A stretch of 64,000 nt of DNA, from contig NW_025767301.1 of assembly GCF_003918875.1 (NCBI RefSeq), forward strand, positions 3,968,001 to 4,032,000. The letters are read 5' to 3'. Of the stretch, positions 34,028-48,400 are shown one piece after another; positions within the stretch are counted from its first letter, which is position 1, and each line of letters begins with the position of its first letter. Both the position numbers and the translations under genes were made by a program. Below the pieces are notes generated by a model, which saw only the letters and a list, made by a program, of their open reading frames with translations, made no database searches and was not told the origin of the DNA. This DNA comes from Haliotis rubra. Its lineage: Eukaryota.

Positions 34028-34765
34028 AGCTATTAACAAATCTGGTTACAGTAAAGCAACATGTAAGAAGACATCTTAATCATGAATGTTTACAAACTTT
34101 CCTGATGAAAGAGATTGAAGATAATGTAAGCATAGATGTGTGTTACCCTGCTCCCTAGCAGACTCATGGCAACAAGAGAGTGAATAAAACAAACTACTTC
34201 CCTACCACCATATGCACAAGGTGATTCGAAGAGAAGATATTTCATCAAAGACATTGTTGAACACATATATGAGTATCAAACCAGATACCTTTATGAAACA
34301 TCAATGCAGTGCAAAAACATGGTAAATATCAAACTAGCATACAAAATACTGTTTCCCTAAGAACAAACATTTAAAAATATAGAGAGATATACATACTGTA
34401 AATTATGAGCACCATAACTGAAATACTGTTCAGGTTCTGTTTCTTATTCACAAACAACAGAAGAATTCAAGCCACTCCTTTTTGTGTACTGTTTTCTGAG
34501 TTCCTTATCCTTGAAGTGTCATGCTGTTGATCACTGGATTGTCTGGTGCAGACTTGATTATTTACATACCAACGCCATATAGCTGGAATATTGCTGAGTG
34601 GGGTGTTAAACAACAAACCAACCAACTACAATACCCCTTGTAGTGGATGAAAGACATTCATTGAACACTTTGTTTTGAACTACTCAGTAAGGTGTCTAGC
34701 TCCATTCATCCTGAATCTGCTTTGTGTATGGAAGACATCTTGATTGACTTTATTTCTTCTCTGAA

Positions 34766-34933
34766 GGGGCAGTGGGGTAGCCTAGTGGTTAAAGCGTTCC
34801 CTCTTCACGCGGAAGACCCAGGTTCGATTCCCCGCATGGGTACAATGTGTGAAGCCCATCTCTGGTGTCCGCCACCGTGATATTGCTGGAATAATGCTAA
34901 AAGCAGCGTAAAACCATACTCACTCACTCACTC
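34766..34933 (+). mobile_element. SINE family A
   Basis: Full-length match with TSD CTTCTCTGAA. Confidence 0.88.
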
Positions 34934-36179
34934 TTCTCTGAAAGCTCTTGGTAAGTTGAAAGGGTGTTTTCCATTTGTGCTCCAGACGGATCTTTATGAT
35001 GGCGGTGTCTCCAGCTGCTCGTATAAACCAGGCCTCTCAGACATATCTACATGAAGTTCCACTGGCGTGACTGATTTGTGTTTGAACCAGTAATTATCAG
35101 CTTCATCGTTTTTTTAATCTTTAATTTGCTGTGGTACATCGTCTCCAAACAAATTCTCAATCAATGTTGTATTGTGAGCAAACAAAGGCTTATACTCACG
35201 GCAATGTGTTTTGAAATACATGTAATTCAAACACTTCCTGACCTTACAACTTTCCAAGGGCTTCTACACATATCTTTACATGGTACCACCCTGCAGGGAA
35301 TACTCAAGTGCATGTCAAGTGTGCATGAGATTGAGGAATGTTGAATGAAAAAGTGCATGTTGTTAATTGTGTAAATGTTGATGTAAATAAATACACAGAT
35401 CTACAAGTGATCCCCACTGTCATCTGTTTACTTTGCAGCCTATCAGCTATGTAATCGGCTCTTTAATGTATACTGTGTATAGGATAGGGTTACCTAGCGC
35501 GACGTGTTGGGTTGCATCTCCGCGGTATCAGCGCTTGTAGCACAATTAATACGGTATTGTAACTATATACGTACAGCCACATTCACGCTTTCTTATAGAT
35601 GTCACCTCCACACTGTGACCCTTTTCCAACTTCCCACGTCAATCATGTAAACAGGTACTCTTCCAGGGCTATACAGGTTAATCACGTAACAGGTCTTCAT
35701 AACATACTTCATCCGGTTATGTAAGCCGTCCAAACAAGAAGGCCAGTGGGCGGTCTCTTTGCAGGACATACTCCACCGGTGAGGACATATGACGGATGAT
35801 TAACCCCGAATCCCGGCTTTATAATTATATATATACCAGTTGGGGGTATTTTGCGATATTGGTTTATGTTCCCTTATTATTACCCTCGATAGTATGTTAC
35901 TGTATTGCGTGTACCTCAGTATACAACTTTGTAGTGGTTTATTCGCTTGCAAGGGGTGAATCTACATTGTTTATGGCTCCATTTGGATTTATTTTTTATT
36001 TTGTAGACGTATATATAAATCCTGAATGCTGGCCTTTATTTTTAAACACGATACCTATAATTCCGAACGTTCTTTTCTATACCAATCCCAGTCGGTAGTG
36101 TTTGTTCAAATTACCTGTTTAACTATATATTGTCATTACTGGTTTCATAATTTTATCTATGTGTGATATCTTCTCTTTC

Positions 36180-36706
36180 TATGGGTACAATGTGTGAAGC
36201 CCATTTCTGGTGTTCCCCGCCGTGATATTGCTGAATATTGCTAAAAGCGGCGTAAAACCCAACTCACTCACTATTCCCGTTCTGTAAAAGTCGTCTTACG
36301 CAGTGCCATGATGTATGGAATGTGGGGTTAGTGAGTGAGTTTAGTTTTACGTCGCCCTCAGCAATATTCCAGTCATAAGGCGGCGGTCTGTAAATAATCG
36401 AGTCTGGACCAGACAATCCAGTGATCAACAGCATGAGCATCGATCTACGCAATCGGGATACGATGACATGTGTCAACCCAGTCAGCGAGGCTGACCAGCT
36501 TATACCGTTAGTCGCCTTTAACGACAGGGCGTGTTATACCAGTACCCGTAAGTCACTGTTACACGCAACATTACCATCCGTTACGTTTGTTTCAAAGCTA
36601 TTAACATGGGTACAATGTGTGAAGCCCATTTCTGGTGTCCCCCGCCGTGATATTGCTGGAATATTGCTAAAAGCGGCGTTAAACTAAACTCGCTCACTCA
36701 CTCACT
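36180..36706. mobile_element. SINE cluster: truncated A(+) 36180-36271, B(-) 36330-36525, truncated A(+) 36606-36706
   Basis: Direct sequence matches to families A and B. Confidence 0.8.
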
Positions 36707-37273
36707 CAAAGCTATTATTTTCACCAGCAGTCAAGGTGAGCATATGCGAACACTTTATGGTTCATTGTTTTCTGAAAGCCATATGTCGGTATACTGACAT
36801 CCCCTTGTCTCAGATGTAAGGAGAAGGCCTAAAAGGTGACTCACTTTTGTCCAACCATTTTGACTTAGTCAACAAACTACGTCTCACTACTCCTAAAGGG
36901 GTGTGCAACAGATGTGTACCCCAGGCACTTTTCTGCATACAGAAACGTACCTTTATCAAAATCAGAATACAGAAACACACCCTTGGACGAGTGCATTCCG
37001 CATTGTGCCGCGGAGTTGTCATACTAGCTGTTGTATAAAATGCATTTGATTGCGTTATATAAGAAACAAGAATACACAGTATCGAATTTTTCGCGAGGTA
37101 CAATGCCACTCGCGATCAGGTACACGGGAACGACTTTTAAGACGGCTTCGTTTTTTGGTTACGAGTATGGACTCGTCCCCCGTTTAGAGTACCGGGTACG
37201 TTTCTGTATTTTGACTTTGTTTAGGGTACGTTTCTGCAGTACATGTTCCGACAACAACCCCTTCAGCCTCACT

Positions 37274-38296
37274 ACTAGACTAACATCTTGTCTCTGAAAT
37301 GAACATATTTTACAGAAAAATACTGTTCATAATAAATAATCATAAAATATGATGAAAAGGACCCCAGAGACTTTCTTCATTTTCCTGAAACTGTGGAAAC
37401 CTGGGATATTGCCACAAACTCTAGACTTGCATCCTTTCTTGGATATATTTGTTTCGGGGTCTGCATGGCAGACTACCTCACTACAAATAGACAGACAGAT
37501 TTATACAGTATTACAGGCCTTTTGGTTCGATGTACAGTTTCACTTCCGTTTTCTTATCATCACTGGCGTATATGGGCACTTATTTCGTTTCCAAAAGTGA
37601 CCCATCGACTGATCCACTTGTGCTACGGGATATCTTTGGCGCAGATATAGTTTGGTAACCTGTTCACCAGGACAATTTGGGTTACAAGTGATTTTCAGCA
37701 ACCCGTGCTTGTCGTAGGCAATTATAATGGGATCAGGAGGTCAGGCTCGCTGACTTGGGAGATGTATACAGGCGTATCAAACATACGGATGTCAGTGTTC
37801 ATGATGCCAGTCACTGCGGATGTCAGGTCCAGAAATACAGAACGCCCGAACAACACTTTATTTCCACTCGATGATACATTAGGCTAGCACGTGGAGGTTT
37901 ACAGCCATCATAAAGCAGGAATATTGCCGAAAACGACGTTAAACAACAAGCGATCAATCAATCAATGCAAACATGTTCCTGGAAAATCGAGGCATTTCTA
38001 GAAACAATCTCGACACAGGGAAGAACGATGTCGACACTCAAGTTGGGTCCGAGCTTCGTAAAGTCCTCCCTTGAGTTAAATTGCTAATGGCTTGACGAAA
38101 CGTAGTCTGTCATAAGACCCTGAAGCAAATATATCCAGGAAAGCCCACGCAAGTCTAGAAAATGTGGCAAGTCTAGATTTCCACAGCTTCTGAAAATGAA
38201 GAGAGTATCAGGGCTCCTTTTCATTATTATTTTTTTTTTTACTATGGGCTTTTTTCTGTAAAATATGTTCATTTCAGAGACTAGTTGTTAGTCTAG
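37274..38296. repeat. Diverged foldback element with ~210-bp inverted arms
   Basis: CTAGACTAACA...GTCTCTGAAATGAACATATTTTACAGAAAAA... at 37274-37490 is mirrored at ~38098-38296. The similar spurious ORFs MKRTPETFFIF / MKRSPDTLFIF on opposite strands reflect this. Confidence 0.7.
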
Positions 38297-39476
38297 ACGA
38301 AACGATAAAGTGAGAAAGATAACTTTGTTCCGAGAGCAAGAGGGGTATCTATTTTATAAGAATGGAAGGCTCCTTTTTGAGGTCATCTTACAGCTCGGGA
38401 AGGCAGTGGACAATATCTATCGGCTCCAGCTGCAAATGTCATTAACCCACGTGGAAAACCGTCAGCTGTGGATCAGGAGTGCGTGTGGCACGGCCAAGGT
38501 CGACAGTTATCTCCGTTCTGGGAAATAACGGGATGTCGAGGGCTGTTGCGGTGCCTCAACAGGCAAACACTTATCTTATATCTTAGAATATAGGAGGTTT
38601 ATACCCCACAAACTGACCGATAACTATGTCTTTCGTTCATATCTCTGACATGACATTATTGCTTTCTATGTAATATGGTCAACAGAAACTAAAATAGTGC
38701 ATATGACATTCTTCGTGACTTTCAGAAATATAAATTAGTAAGTTAAACCTAGCTATTTGTCTATATTATTGCCATTATCTTTGTGGCTTTGCTGCCTTTT
38801 ATTATGCCAAAAGTGTCAAAGTTAGTCAGATATTGCAAAAATGCAACGACACGACATTTGACCTATTTGTCGCGTTGTTGGGCTTTGAACGCAAACATAT
38901 TAACTATATAAAAAGCGACAATGCGACAACGCCATATTTTTCAAGGTCAACAACTATTGTCACCTTTGTAAAACAATATGTGAAAATAGGGACAAAGTGC
39001 CTTCCACGATTACATATATATAATTCATCCGAAATCTACTGACAATAAAACATATCTTGTATTGTTTACTCTGTGCACCTAAGTTGTTCTTCTTTCGCTA
39101 AAATGTCCAGTGGCCTATACAAAGTACTGAAAAAAGTCACATTGACTGAAGTGTTATATCTATTTGCTGACATTATCAGCAATACAGACATTGTTAAATC
39201 TTCTTTTCTTCACATACACTGAGTGAGTGAGTTTAGTTTACACTACTAACTGCTACAAAAATATGAAGGAATCCGATGGTCCTCACTGCTTTTGTGAAGT
39301 ATGAATGTTTCAGCGACCCGTATTACCAAATGAAACCAGCGAACGACAAGAACAGTTATGAATAACATACGGGGCTCCGCAACTATATATGGGGGGTTAA
39401 CCTCTAATGGGCTTCAAGGGACAGTGCGTCGACTGTACCCTAGCACAGTTTGTAAACAATAGCCAATAACCTATGA

Positions 39477-39693
39477 TGGTTGGTTGTTTAACGCTGCAAT
39501 CAGCAATATTCCAGCTATATGACGGCGGTCTGTAAATAATCGTGTCTTGACCAGACAATCCAGTGATCAACAGCATGAGCATCGATCTACGCAATTGGCA
39601 TACGATGGCATGTGTCAACCAAGTCAGCGAGCCTGACCACCCAATCCTGCAAGGGCTACTGAAGACCAATTCTAACCCGGATCTTCTCAGGTC
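39477..39693 (-). mobile_element. SINE family B
   Basis: Family B match with TSD ATAGCCAATAACCTATG. Confidence 0.85.
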
Positions 39694-41139
39694 TTATAGC
39701 CAATAACCTATGCGCTCACTCGTCTCTGAAAACTTTATTCGGCTACGTATGTTTCTGCTCAAGCGGCCACACGGTGGAGAGATCGAGGCTCGTCACGTGA
39801 CCGGACTTATTTGGAAAAAAAGGACAGACTTGTCTAATCATACATTCGGTGGGCTTTACTTGCGTGTTGGTTTTAGCATAACAATATAACAATATCTAGC
39901 TATTCACAACAAGGGCGACAGTTACAATGTACAGTGGACGGAGCATATGCGATAACATGACACTAGCTTCGACAAAACGAGTTGATATCACACAGTAGAA
40001 GTCGACACCGCTCTGTGCTGGAGAATATAACCATTGTATAAATTGGCAAACGGAATATGTAATGGCGGGAGTTAAATGTACATATCGTAACACCTTGTTC
40101 AAAAATCTTGTATTTTGTTTCGGCAAGCATGTTTAAATATTCAGCTTATTTTGACAGTCGTTTGCTTGTTTGTTGTTTAACGCAGCATTTAGCTCTTTAA
40201 AGATGTCCCTCTTAGATAAACAATTTTAATGCATTTATTTTGTAAAAGCTGTTACTCATGTTTAAATACATCTATTATAATTGCGAGCCATCATTTCAAG
40301 CTCTCTGTATACAACAAATATATGTACCTCAATGTCTGTATCATGGGCCTGTGGCCCCTTTACGAAATAAACACATATCAAACGCAGCATTTAGCAATAT
40401 TCCAATTTATGACGGCGGTCTGTAATTAAGTGAGTCTGGACCTGACAATCCACTGATTAACATCGCAGGCATTCAATCAATGTCCCTGGGCTACGATGAC
40501 ATGCATGAACCAAGTCAGCGAATCTGGTCACCTTGTCCCCTTATAGCCCTCTCTTATACGACAAGCATGGGTTGATCTATGGCCAATTCTGTCAGGCTTT
40601 CTTCACGGGTTCTTCACATCATGAGTATGAGCTTCGTCAGTTGTCCGTCCGACAGCACAGAACTTGCCATCTCTGTTTCAACTGAACATATAAATATCAT
40701 TTTCACATGACATGTTGTAAAAAATCTCTAGATACAAGGAAGTAATCTTTTGCATTTTTCAATTCAAAATAGACGCTGCCGCAGCGCATCTGAGTTAAAA
40801 ATACAGCCTTCGAGCGGAAAGCATTTGACATGTTTGTTATTTGTTCAGAGGATGTTTTCGATCCGTGGTTTGCTGTGTCAAATACTATTGCATTAATACT
40901 ATTGTGTGAGCTGATTACTGTACTTCATCCTCTTCCTGGTGTTCCTGGATATCGCGTACCGTACACTATAACTTGACCCACTTGTGCCCTAGGTACAGAT
41001 AAACTTAGAAAATAATTGTTTTACAGAAAGCTTTAATGATATTGTATAAGTGTTGAGTTGAACCTAGGATGTTTTATTGTGCTGGAGTCGAATCGCTATG
41101 ATAATATATGATATAGCAAAGAAATGTCAATGTCGAACG

Positions 41140-41386
41140 AGTGAGTGAGTGAGTTTAGTTTTACGCCGCACTCAGCAATATTCCAGCTATATGGCGGCGG
41201 TCTGTAAATAATCGAGTCTGGACCAGACAATTCAGTGATCAACAGCATGAACATCGATCTACGCAATTGGGATACGATGAAACGTGTCAACCCAGTCAGC
41301 GAGCCTGACCACCCGATCCCGTTAGTCGCCACTTACGACAAGCATGGGTTACTGAAGATCAATTCTAACCCGGACCTTCACGGGTC
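41140..41386 (-). mobile_element. SINE family B, full length
   Basis: Family B match with TSD CAATGTCGA(A/G)CGA. Confidence 0.88.
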
Positions 41387-42194
41387 CAATGTCGAGCGAA
41401 TGTTCTACAGATGAACTCAGTAAGGTACGATCTATCAGAAACAATTCCAGTACAGCACACCCCCATAAACAACATATACAACATTAGTCCAGCATATAAC
41501 TAGACGACTTTGCACTATACCAAGGTGTGATGGACGTGGGCCTTGGCTGGAATACGAGTTTATTCATATGAACTAATACAACATATACCTCTTATAAACA
41601 TCATGCCTAAGATCCATGCTACTACATACCTATTGGCCGACTTACGTGATGGGGTGGTCAGGCTCGATGGTTTCATTCATGCATATCATCGTGTCCCACT
41701 TGCCTAGATCGACGCACATGATGTCAGTCATTGGATTGCTTGGTCCAGACTCGATTGTGTACAGATCGCCGCCATATGGTTGTAATATTTCTGAGCACGG
41801 CGTTAAACAAACGAAACGAAACATGCTTATTAAAGTAAGAAAATGCTATTTGAAACAAACCCCGTGTATGTAACACATTGTATAAAATTAGTGACCAAAG
41901 GGTTTTGGTCCATAACACCCCTTTCCTACAGAGGACAGCGCACCGTTCTGGTAAGGTAGCGTTTATGGCGCTTTACGCGTATCATAAGTAAACATACCCA
42001 TACGCCAAGATCAGCCACATACTTCATAACGCAATACACAAACAACATGCACGGATCGGTGGAAAATAATTTTTCTCCAACTACATCCACAAGTCAACGT
42101 TGCTGTTGATAATCTAATTATGACCCGAAAATCTCACATGCACAACCCTTTCTGAAGTTTCATGGCCCAGTTTTGTAACATACACTAGCTATAC

Positions 42195-42300
42195 ATTTGG
42201 TCCAATCAACACGCGCCGGAATTTGCCACGCCCACTTCTTCTGGTGGACCATTGACCACCAACGGTACTGGTCATGTTAACATTGACCTTATTTACAAGA
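42195..42300 (+). promoter_or_regulatory. Putative ACSS1 proximal promoter
   Basis: CCAAT at 42202, KLF/Sp box CCACGCCC at 42226 and a TGACCT half-site at 42284, 200-280 bp upstream of the ATG. Confidence 0.45.
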
Positions 42301-42480
42301 CATCGAGCATTTGAAGAGATAAATACCAGTTTCGGAGATATATAGTTTTGTGAAGTATACTAGTGTACGCGTATTGTTTGTGTGTAATACGGTAATGCGG
42401 AGCCAGCTAGCGAATGGGGCGGCTGAACGCTGTCAGTTGAATTGTTGAGTGAGGGCAGCTTGGGCAGAAACTCCAGCAGG

Positions 42481-45400
42481 ATGGCCGTGCTCAGGGAATT
42501 GTTTTGCACCACTCTTAGAGTCCAGACGACACTATCTTGCAGCAGACAACCACAACTGAGGAAGTGCCTGAAGTATGCCAAGGTTTTGGTCAGTCAGCGA
42601 GGCATCACGACATCCACCACAACAACTCCTTTTCCTGAGTTTGAAGGGGTGCCACACATCAAAACACATGACGATTTGTACAGGTTCAGTTTGGAGAGCC
42701 CCGACGTGTTTTGGGGTAAACTGGCACGATCCAGGTTAAAATGGTTCCATGACTTCCATAAAGTGAAAGATTGTGACATGACAGAGGGGAAAATACAATG
42801 GTTCGATGGCGGCAAGCTCAATGCATCGGGTGAGTGTTGACAGAACGCAACTGTTTTGTTGTTTCTGTGGCAAAACTTGAGAGGCCCTGTTAGGGTTAGG
42901 TCATCTGTGAACACAAATGAAACAAGTCGATTAGATATGAATTGTTTCAAATATTATTGAAAAGACCATGTGTAATTCCCCATGTTATTTGATTCATGGT
43001 AGTTTAATGTTATTTGAAACACAACATCTTCCTCACCCTAAGTCGCGCCCTTTGTGATAGCAACCTTATTGTTCTATAGATAGTGAACGATAGTGAACAA
43101 ACTTAATATTTTTAAGACATCGTGTGATGATCAAACAACGCGATAACAAAACTATTTTCATGTCATGAAGTTGTTGGAATTAAAATAATTGAAATAATTT
43201 ACTGCCTGTTATTGATGGTGAGAATTCTTTCAAAACTGCAGTGAGAAAAATGTCATTATTTGCATGAAGTTCCCTAATTTGCTCTCTGACTTCTTGTCAT
43301 ACTTCTCAGATTGTCAAAAGAGTGATATCTAGTCTTTGAAATGAAAGTATTTTATAAAATTGTTTTTATTCAATTACCTTGATAAAATTGAAAAGAAAAA
43401 CTTGTACAGGGATGGTTTTCACTTTAAGAGACTGTGGTAATCTTGACTTGCCAGATAGAGCTGTATTTTTATATATGTGAATGGACCGTAATGGTTATAT
43501 TAGCGGTATGGTCTGCATGACGGACTAGTAGATCAAGTTTGTGACAAGTTCAGCAGTGCATGGATTTAGGTTAATAGTTTTAAGGTAATATGGCCGTTGC
43601 TCAAGTATGCATGCATGAAGTTCACCAGATTTGGATGGAGATTAAGTGTTTGCATGACCTGTAAAATTTGCATTTTTTAATTTTTTCAATAATTAGCACT
43701 TTGAAATAAGACAAGACTCGATTTAATAAGTGAGTGAGTGAGTTTAGAATTACGCCGCACTCAGCAATATTTCAGCTATACGGTGGCAGTCTGTAAATAA
43801 TTGAGTCTGGACCAGACAATCCAATTATCAACAGCATGAACATCGATCTACGCAATTTGGATACGATGACATGTGTCAACCAAGTCAGCAATATGACCAC
43901 CCGATCCTGTTAGTCACCTCTTATGACAAGCATGGGTTTCTAAACCAAGAGGGGCGGTGGGGTAGCCTAGTGGTTAAAGCGTTCACTTGTCACGCCGAAG
44001 ACTCATGTTCGATTTCCCACATGGGTACAAAGTGTGAAGCCCATTTCTGGTGTCCCCGCCGGGATATTGCTGGAATATTGCTAAAAGCGGCATAAAACTA
44101 AACTCACTCACTATGCCCGCGTCTTTATGGGTCCATGTGATTTAAAGTGAAAGACGTGTTTATAGGATAGGATGCATATATAGTAACAGATACTGTTGTA
44201 GTATCTATGAATGAGCACCACGTTATCTACAAGGGTACAACTACCAGTATATAGTAAAGTTATCAGTAATTTTAATCACAATCGGCTCTTCAACAAATAC
44301 TATATCCTAGCAACAGCTTATCCCTGATACAAGGATAAAATTTAACTATTTAAAACATGCACCAATGTAACTTGATATTGAAAAATGCTACTTTTTATGT
44401 GAGTATTTTCTCCTGGGGCATTTCAAAATTGTGCAAATATTTGTTCTATTTCATAGCCAAAATTTACAGAATTTAGCAGCAGTTGTTTGTTTTGTATGCA
44501 GCACTCAGCAATATTTCAGATATTCCCGGTAGCCAGTACATAGTCTGGACCAAATGACTGATTTTGTAAATCTGTACTGTCAGGTAGTGCTCGAGCGATT
44601 GATTGAAATCGAATAAATTGAATGGCTATGCTTGATGTGACGTGACAATTGCACGTGCTTCCCGCCCTTGACGCTGTTCACGCAGGTTTACTGTTAGTTT
44701 ACCCTTGTAAAACTTCACACAGAAAATCAAAACAAAATGATAATAGTTTGTTAAATAACTTTTTATTTTGGAGAAACCTTTTTCCAGAATTGGTCTTATG
44801 TTTTCATTACATTCTGTGTTGGAATGAAAGATTGATCATGAACCAATTTGGATTTAGATTGTGATTCATTGATATCATTTTGACCCAAACAGACTGTGGA
44901 AGCATTTCCATTATAATACATAGCAAATGTCTGAGATAAAAAATACTATTCATTACATCTGTCAGTTTCTTAGAAGTGTTTTTGTTATAAACATACTTTA
45001 CTGTATTTGGTTCTTCCTATTAATGCAGGGGCGGTGGGGTAGTCTAGTGGTTAAAGCGTTGGCTCGTCACGCCGAAGACCCGGGTTCGATTCCCCACATG
45101 GGCACAATGTGTTAAGCCCATTTCTGGTGTCCCCCGCCGTGATATTGCTGGAATATTGCTAAAAGCGGCGTAAAACTAAACTCAGTCAGTCAGTCCTATT
45201 AATGCAAGTCACTGACTACCTTTATCAACGGAAGTGATAAAACAATCATGCTGATAATAGAATACCGACCCAGTTAGAGGACTCCATTGTTTAGTGAGTT
45301 GAGAGGTAATGTTAACATGATAGCACTTAGTCCTTGAAGGAGACAAAAATTATGTTAAGTCATATGCAACACAGTGCTCATGCATTATTCATGAGGTAGC

Positions 45401-48400
45401 CAGAGTGTATATTATTTATAAAAAAATGTTAGTTATTGTTTTAACCAATAACGCTGGTAAGTTCAATGAGTGACTTAAGACTTGATGCTTTATCACGACT
45501 CCAGATTTATATTCATCAAGTATTTACGCTATCTCACAACAGTGCTATAGTGTCTATGATTACCCTCATGTTTGCCTAGGGAATATCCATTTACTTTGGG
45601 ATGGGTGGAGAGTGGGAGAGAATTTGTTTTTAGAAAAAATCTTTATTTTCTCCATCTCTATCCAGACTGCCTCCGTGGTGTAGTGGTTAGAACGTCTGCC
45701 CAGAGAGCGGAAGGTTCGGGTTTGATCCCCGACCGCGTCATACCAAAAGACATTAAAATATGGTACTTGTTGGTCCCTGCCTGGCACTCAGCATTAATGG
45801 GTACAACAAGGACTGGTCGGCTTGGAGTCAGTATAATGTGTCTGAGTGGGGTATTCATGCTTCACTGCGGCATGGTATCTCAGTGGGCTAGCACTATAAA
45901 ACCAGCTTAAGTCTGGGCTAGTACAAGCAGCCGCACATACACATACACACGCATGCACGTCGTCATATGAGCGAAATATTCTCAAGCACGACGTTAAACC
46001 CAATTTAGCACGACGTTAAACCCAATTTCACCTCACCTCCATCTCTATCCAACAAACTATTTATTTACTGAGCACCTGCAAACAATCTTTTCATTTTCAC
46101 TACGAACACAGGAATTTTGACATTTGGGTATTTCCATCAAACTGACAAATTATTCTTTTATACCTCTGCCAACAAAAGATAACATTTTGAGCATTTGTTT
46201 CAACACACTACTCATTTAAATAATCTTTCGAAAACATATTCCCTGTATATGTGTACAACTTAAACCTATGCAAAATAGTACTCTTGTTTTTGTAATGTAA
46301 ATGCAAATGCTCACCTGTGTATTTTACACATACTAGTATTTACACCAAGTGTATAAGAAGTGAGAAGTTCCTCATGTTTGGTCCCACCAATCAGGTATCT
46401 GCTCTTTTTTGCAAGTCTTCTTCTGTGTCTTTCCAGATATGTGTCCGAAACAAATGTTTATGGAAGCTTTCTTCATGTCATCTTCAAAATGTAGTCTTTC
46501 CATCCTGAAAGTAGTTTTACAACTCAATTTATACATGATTTAGCACCAATATTACCAGCCATGTATACACTTAGCACATTTTACTTATACCATCTGTAAG
46601 ATTTTGAAATTTTATAAGTGTGCAAAGTGCACATAATGAAATTATAATTTTATTTCGTGAACTGAAGTAAGTTCTAAACTTGATAATCTCAGGCAAGGTG
46701 GGAGATTATCAAGTTTAGACCTTATTTCAGTTCATGAAATATAGTTAAGAACTTCATGTGTTAAAACATGTAATGAAAACACATCCGGATAGGGTATACT
46801 TGCACATGGGGTCAATTTGCCTATGGTCTGGAGGTCATGTAAATGTATCTGCCGTGATATTGCTGGAATATTGCTAAAAGTGGTGTAAAGCTGAACTTAC
46901 TCACTCACCCATGTAAATGTATAGTTGCATTTGTGCAAATTAGCAGGATGTGTATTTCGGCCATGTGAAGACATGCCAAAAATACTTAGGTGTGGATTTC
47001 AAGTTATTTCATGTCATGTCATTTACAGAAAAGCAGAGGATCATTTCTATTAATAGCACTCTCCTGTCTTGACATGAACTCATTGTGTCTAAGAGAGTTC
47101 AGCTGCACCTTTCTGGCGTGCGTGTCACATGTGCATGTCACTTGAAATGTGAGGAATGTTCAAGCTCAAAGGGCCTTGTCCAGTAGGTAATGTGCTAGGT
47201 ACATCAAAGTCAAAAGGGAGTAGTCAAACAAGGAACATTGTAAGTACGTAAAAGTCCAAATGACGTGGTCCAGCATGGGATGAAGGTTGAGCAACAACTT
47301 TGCTCACTATCTGCCGAGAACTTCACATTGTAATGTCCCTAAAGAGAGTGAGTGAGTGAGTGAGTGAGTGAGTTGGGTTTTACGCTGCTTTAAGCAATAT
47401 TCCAGCAATATCACGACGGGGGCACACCAGAAATGGGCTTCACATACTGTAAGCATGTGGTGAATCAAACCCAGGTGTTTGGCGTGATGAGCGAATGCTT
47501 TAACCGTTGGGCTACCCCACCGCCCCTAAAGTGAAGAAAGCTAACATATACAAGACTCATGCATCTGAAAGGGAAGAACAGGGATATGACAAGATTACGG
47601 AATGATGTAAAACAATGATGCACACTCAGACGCAGTTACCGTCTTTGAAAAAATGATGACACAAGACTGGTTCATGCCAAAAGATCTGAGGGTTTGAAAA
47701 TATAATGGTGTCATATACACAACCAGGCCAACCAAAAGCTGTGAAGACACAATGCCATTTAGAAAGTGGTCAAATGTAACACAAATGTTTATAACTGTTA
47801 CATTTGACCACTTTCTAAATGGCATTGTGTATTCATAGCTTGCCATGCATGTAATAGTTATATACTCATACAGGGGTGGAAATAACCCATTGCCCGACGC
47901 CCGAGTCCAGTGTCTTTTTCTGTTGGGCAAGCAAATTTGTATATCACACTGTACCGGTGTCCAGTTGACTTTCCAATATTAATTATGTTGTTTATTTAAA
48001 AAATCAACAAGAAAACGTACGGTATAGTGGAAAAATTATCAGGGCAAGTGATTTTACATGTGCCACTGTACCGGAGTACACTAGCAAGTTATTTCCCCCG
48101 CTGTCATATCTGTAGTTAGTTTATTTGATGTTTTGTGATTGGTCAGTAAGTAGAGATGAGTCATGAAAGTGGTTCACGAACTGAAAAGGATACTTTTGGA
48201 TGATTATGCAGAGTTGTGTATCATCAAATGTATTTACTTTAGATAAGAGCATTGTTACACCTTTTTTTAAAATTTTGCATTGTATTTGTACTGCTGTTAA
48301 CCACTGGATTGTCTGGCCCAGACTCAATTAATTACCGACCACTGCCATAATTCTGGAATACAAAATAGCAGATCCTTAACCAAGCAGAAGAAAGGTATAA

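Noticed and set aside
34995-35165. Minus-strand frame LFGDDVPQQIKD*...GLYEQLETPPS
   Set aside because: It has an internal stop, no consistent splice sites and no confident homology.
42442-42480. Non-ATG N-terminal extension of ACSS1 in the ORF track
   Set aside because: The TTG start is a prokaryotic-code artefact. ATG 42481 has a good Kozak context (AGGATGG) and begins the presequence.
29609-46003. Recurrent short ORFs such as [11 protein letters not shown]..., RSMLMLLITGLSGPD..., [10 protein letters not shown]...
   Set aside because: They are translations of SINE families A-C, not a gene family.
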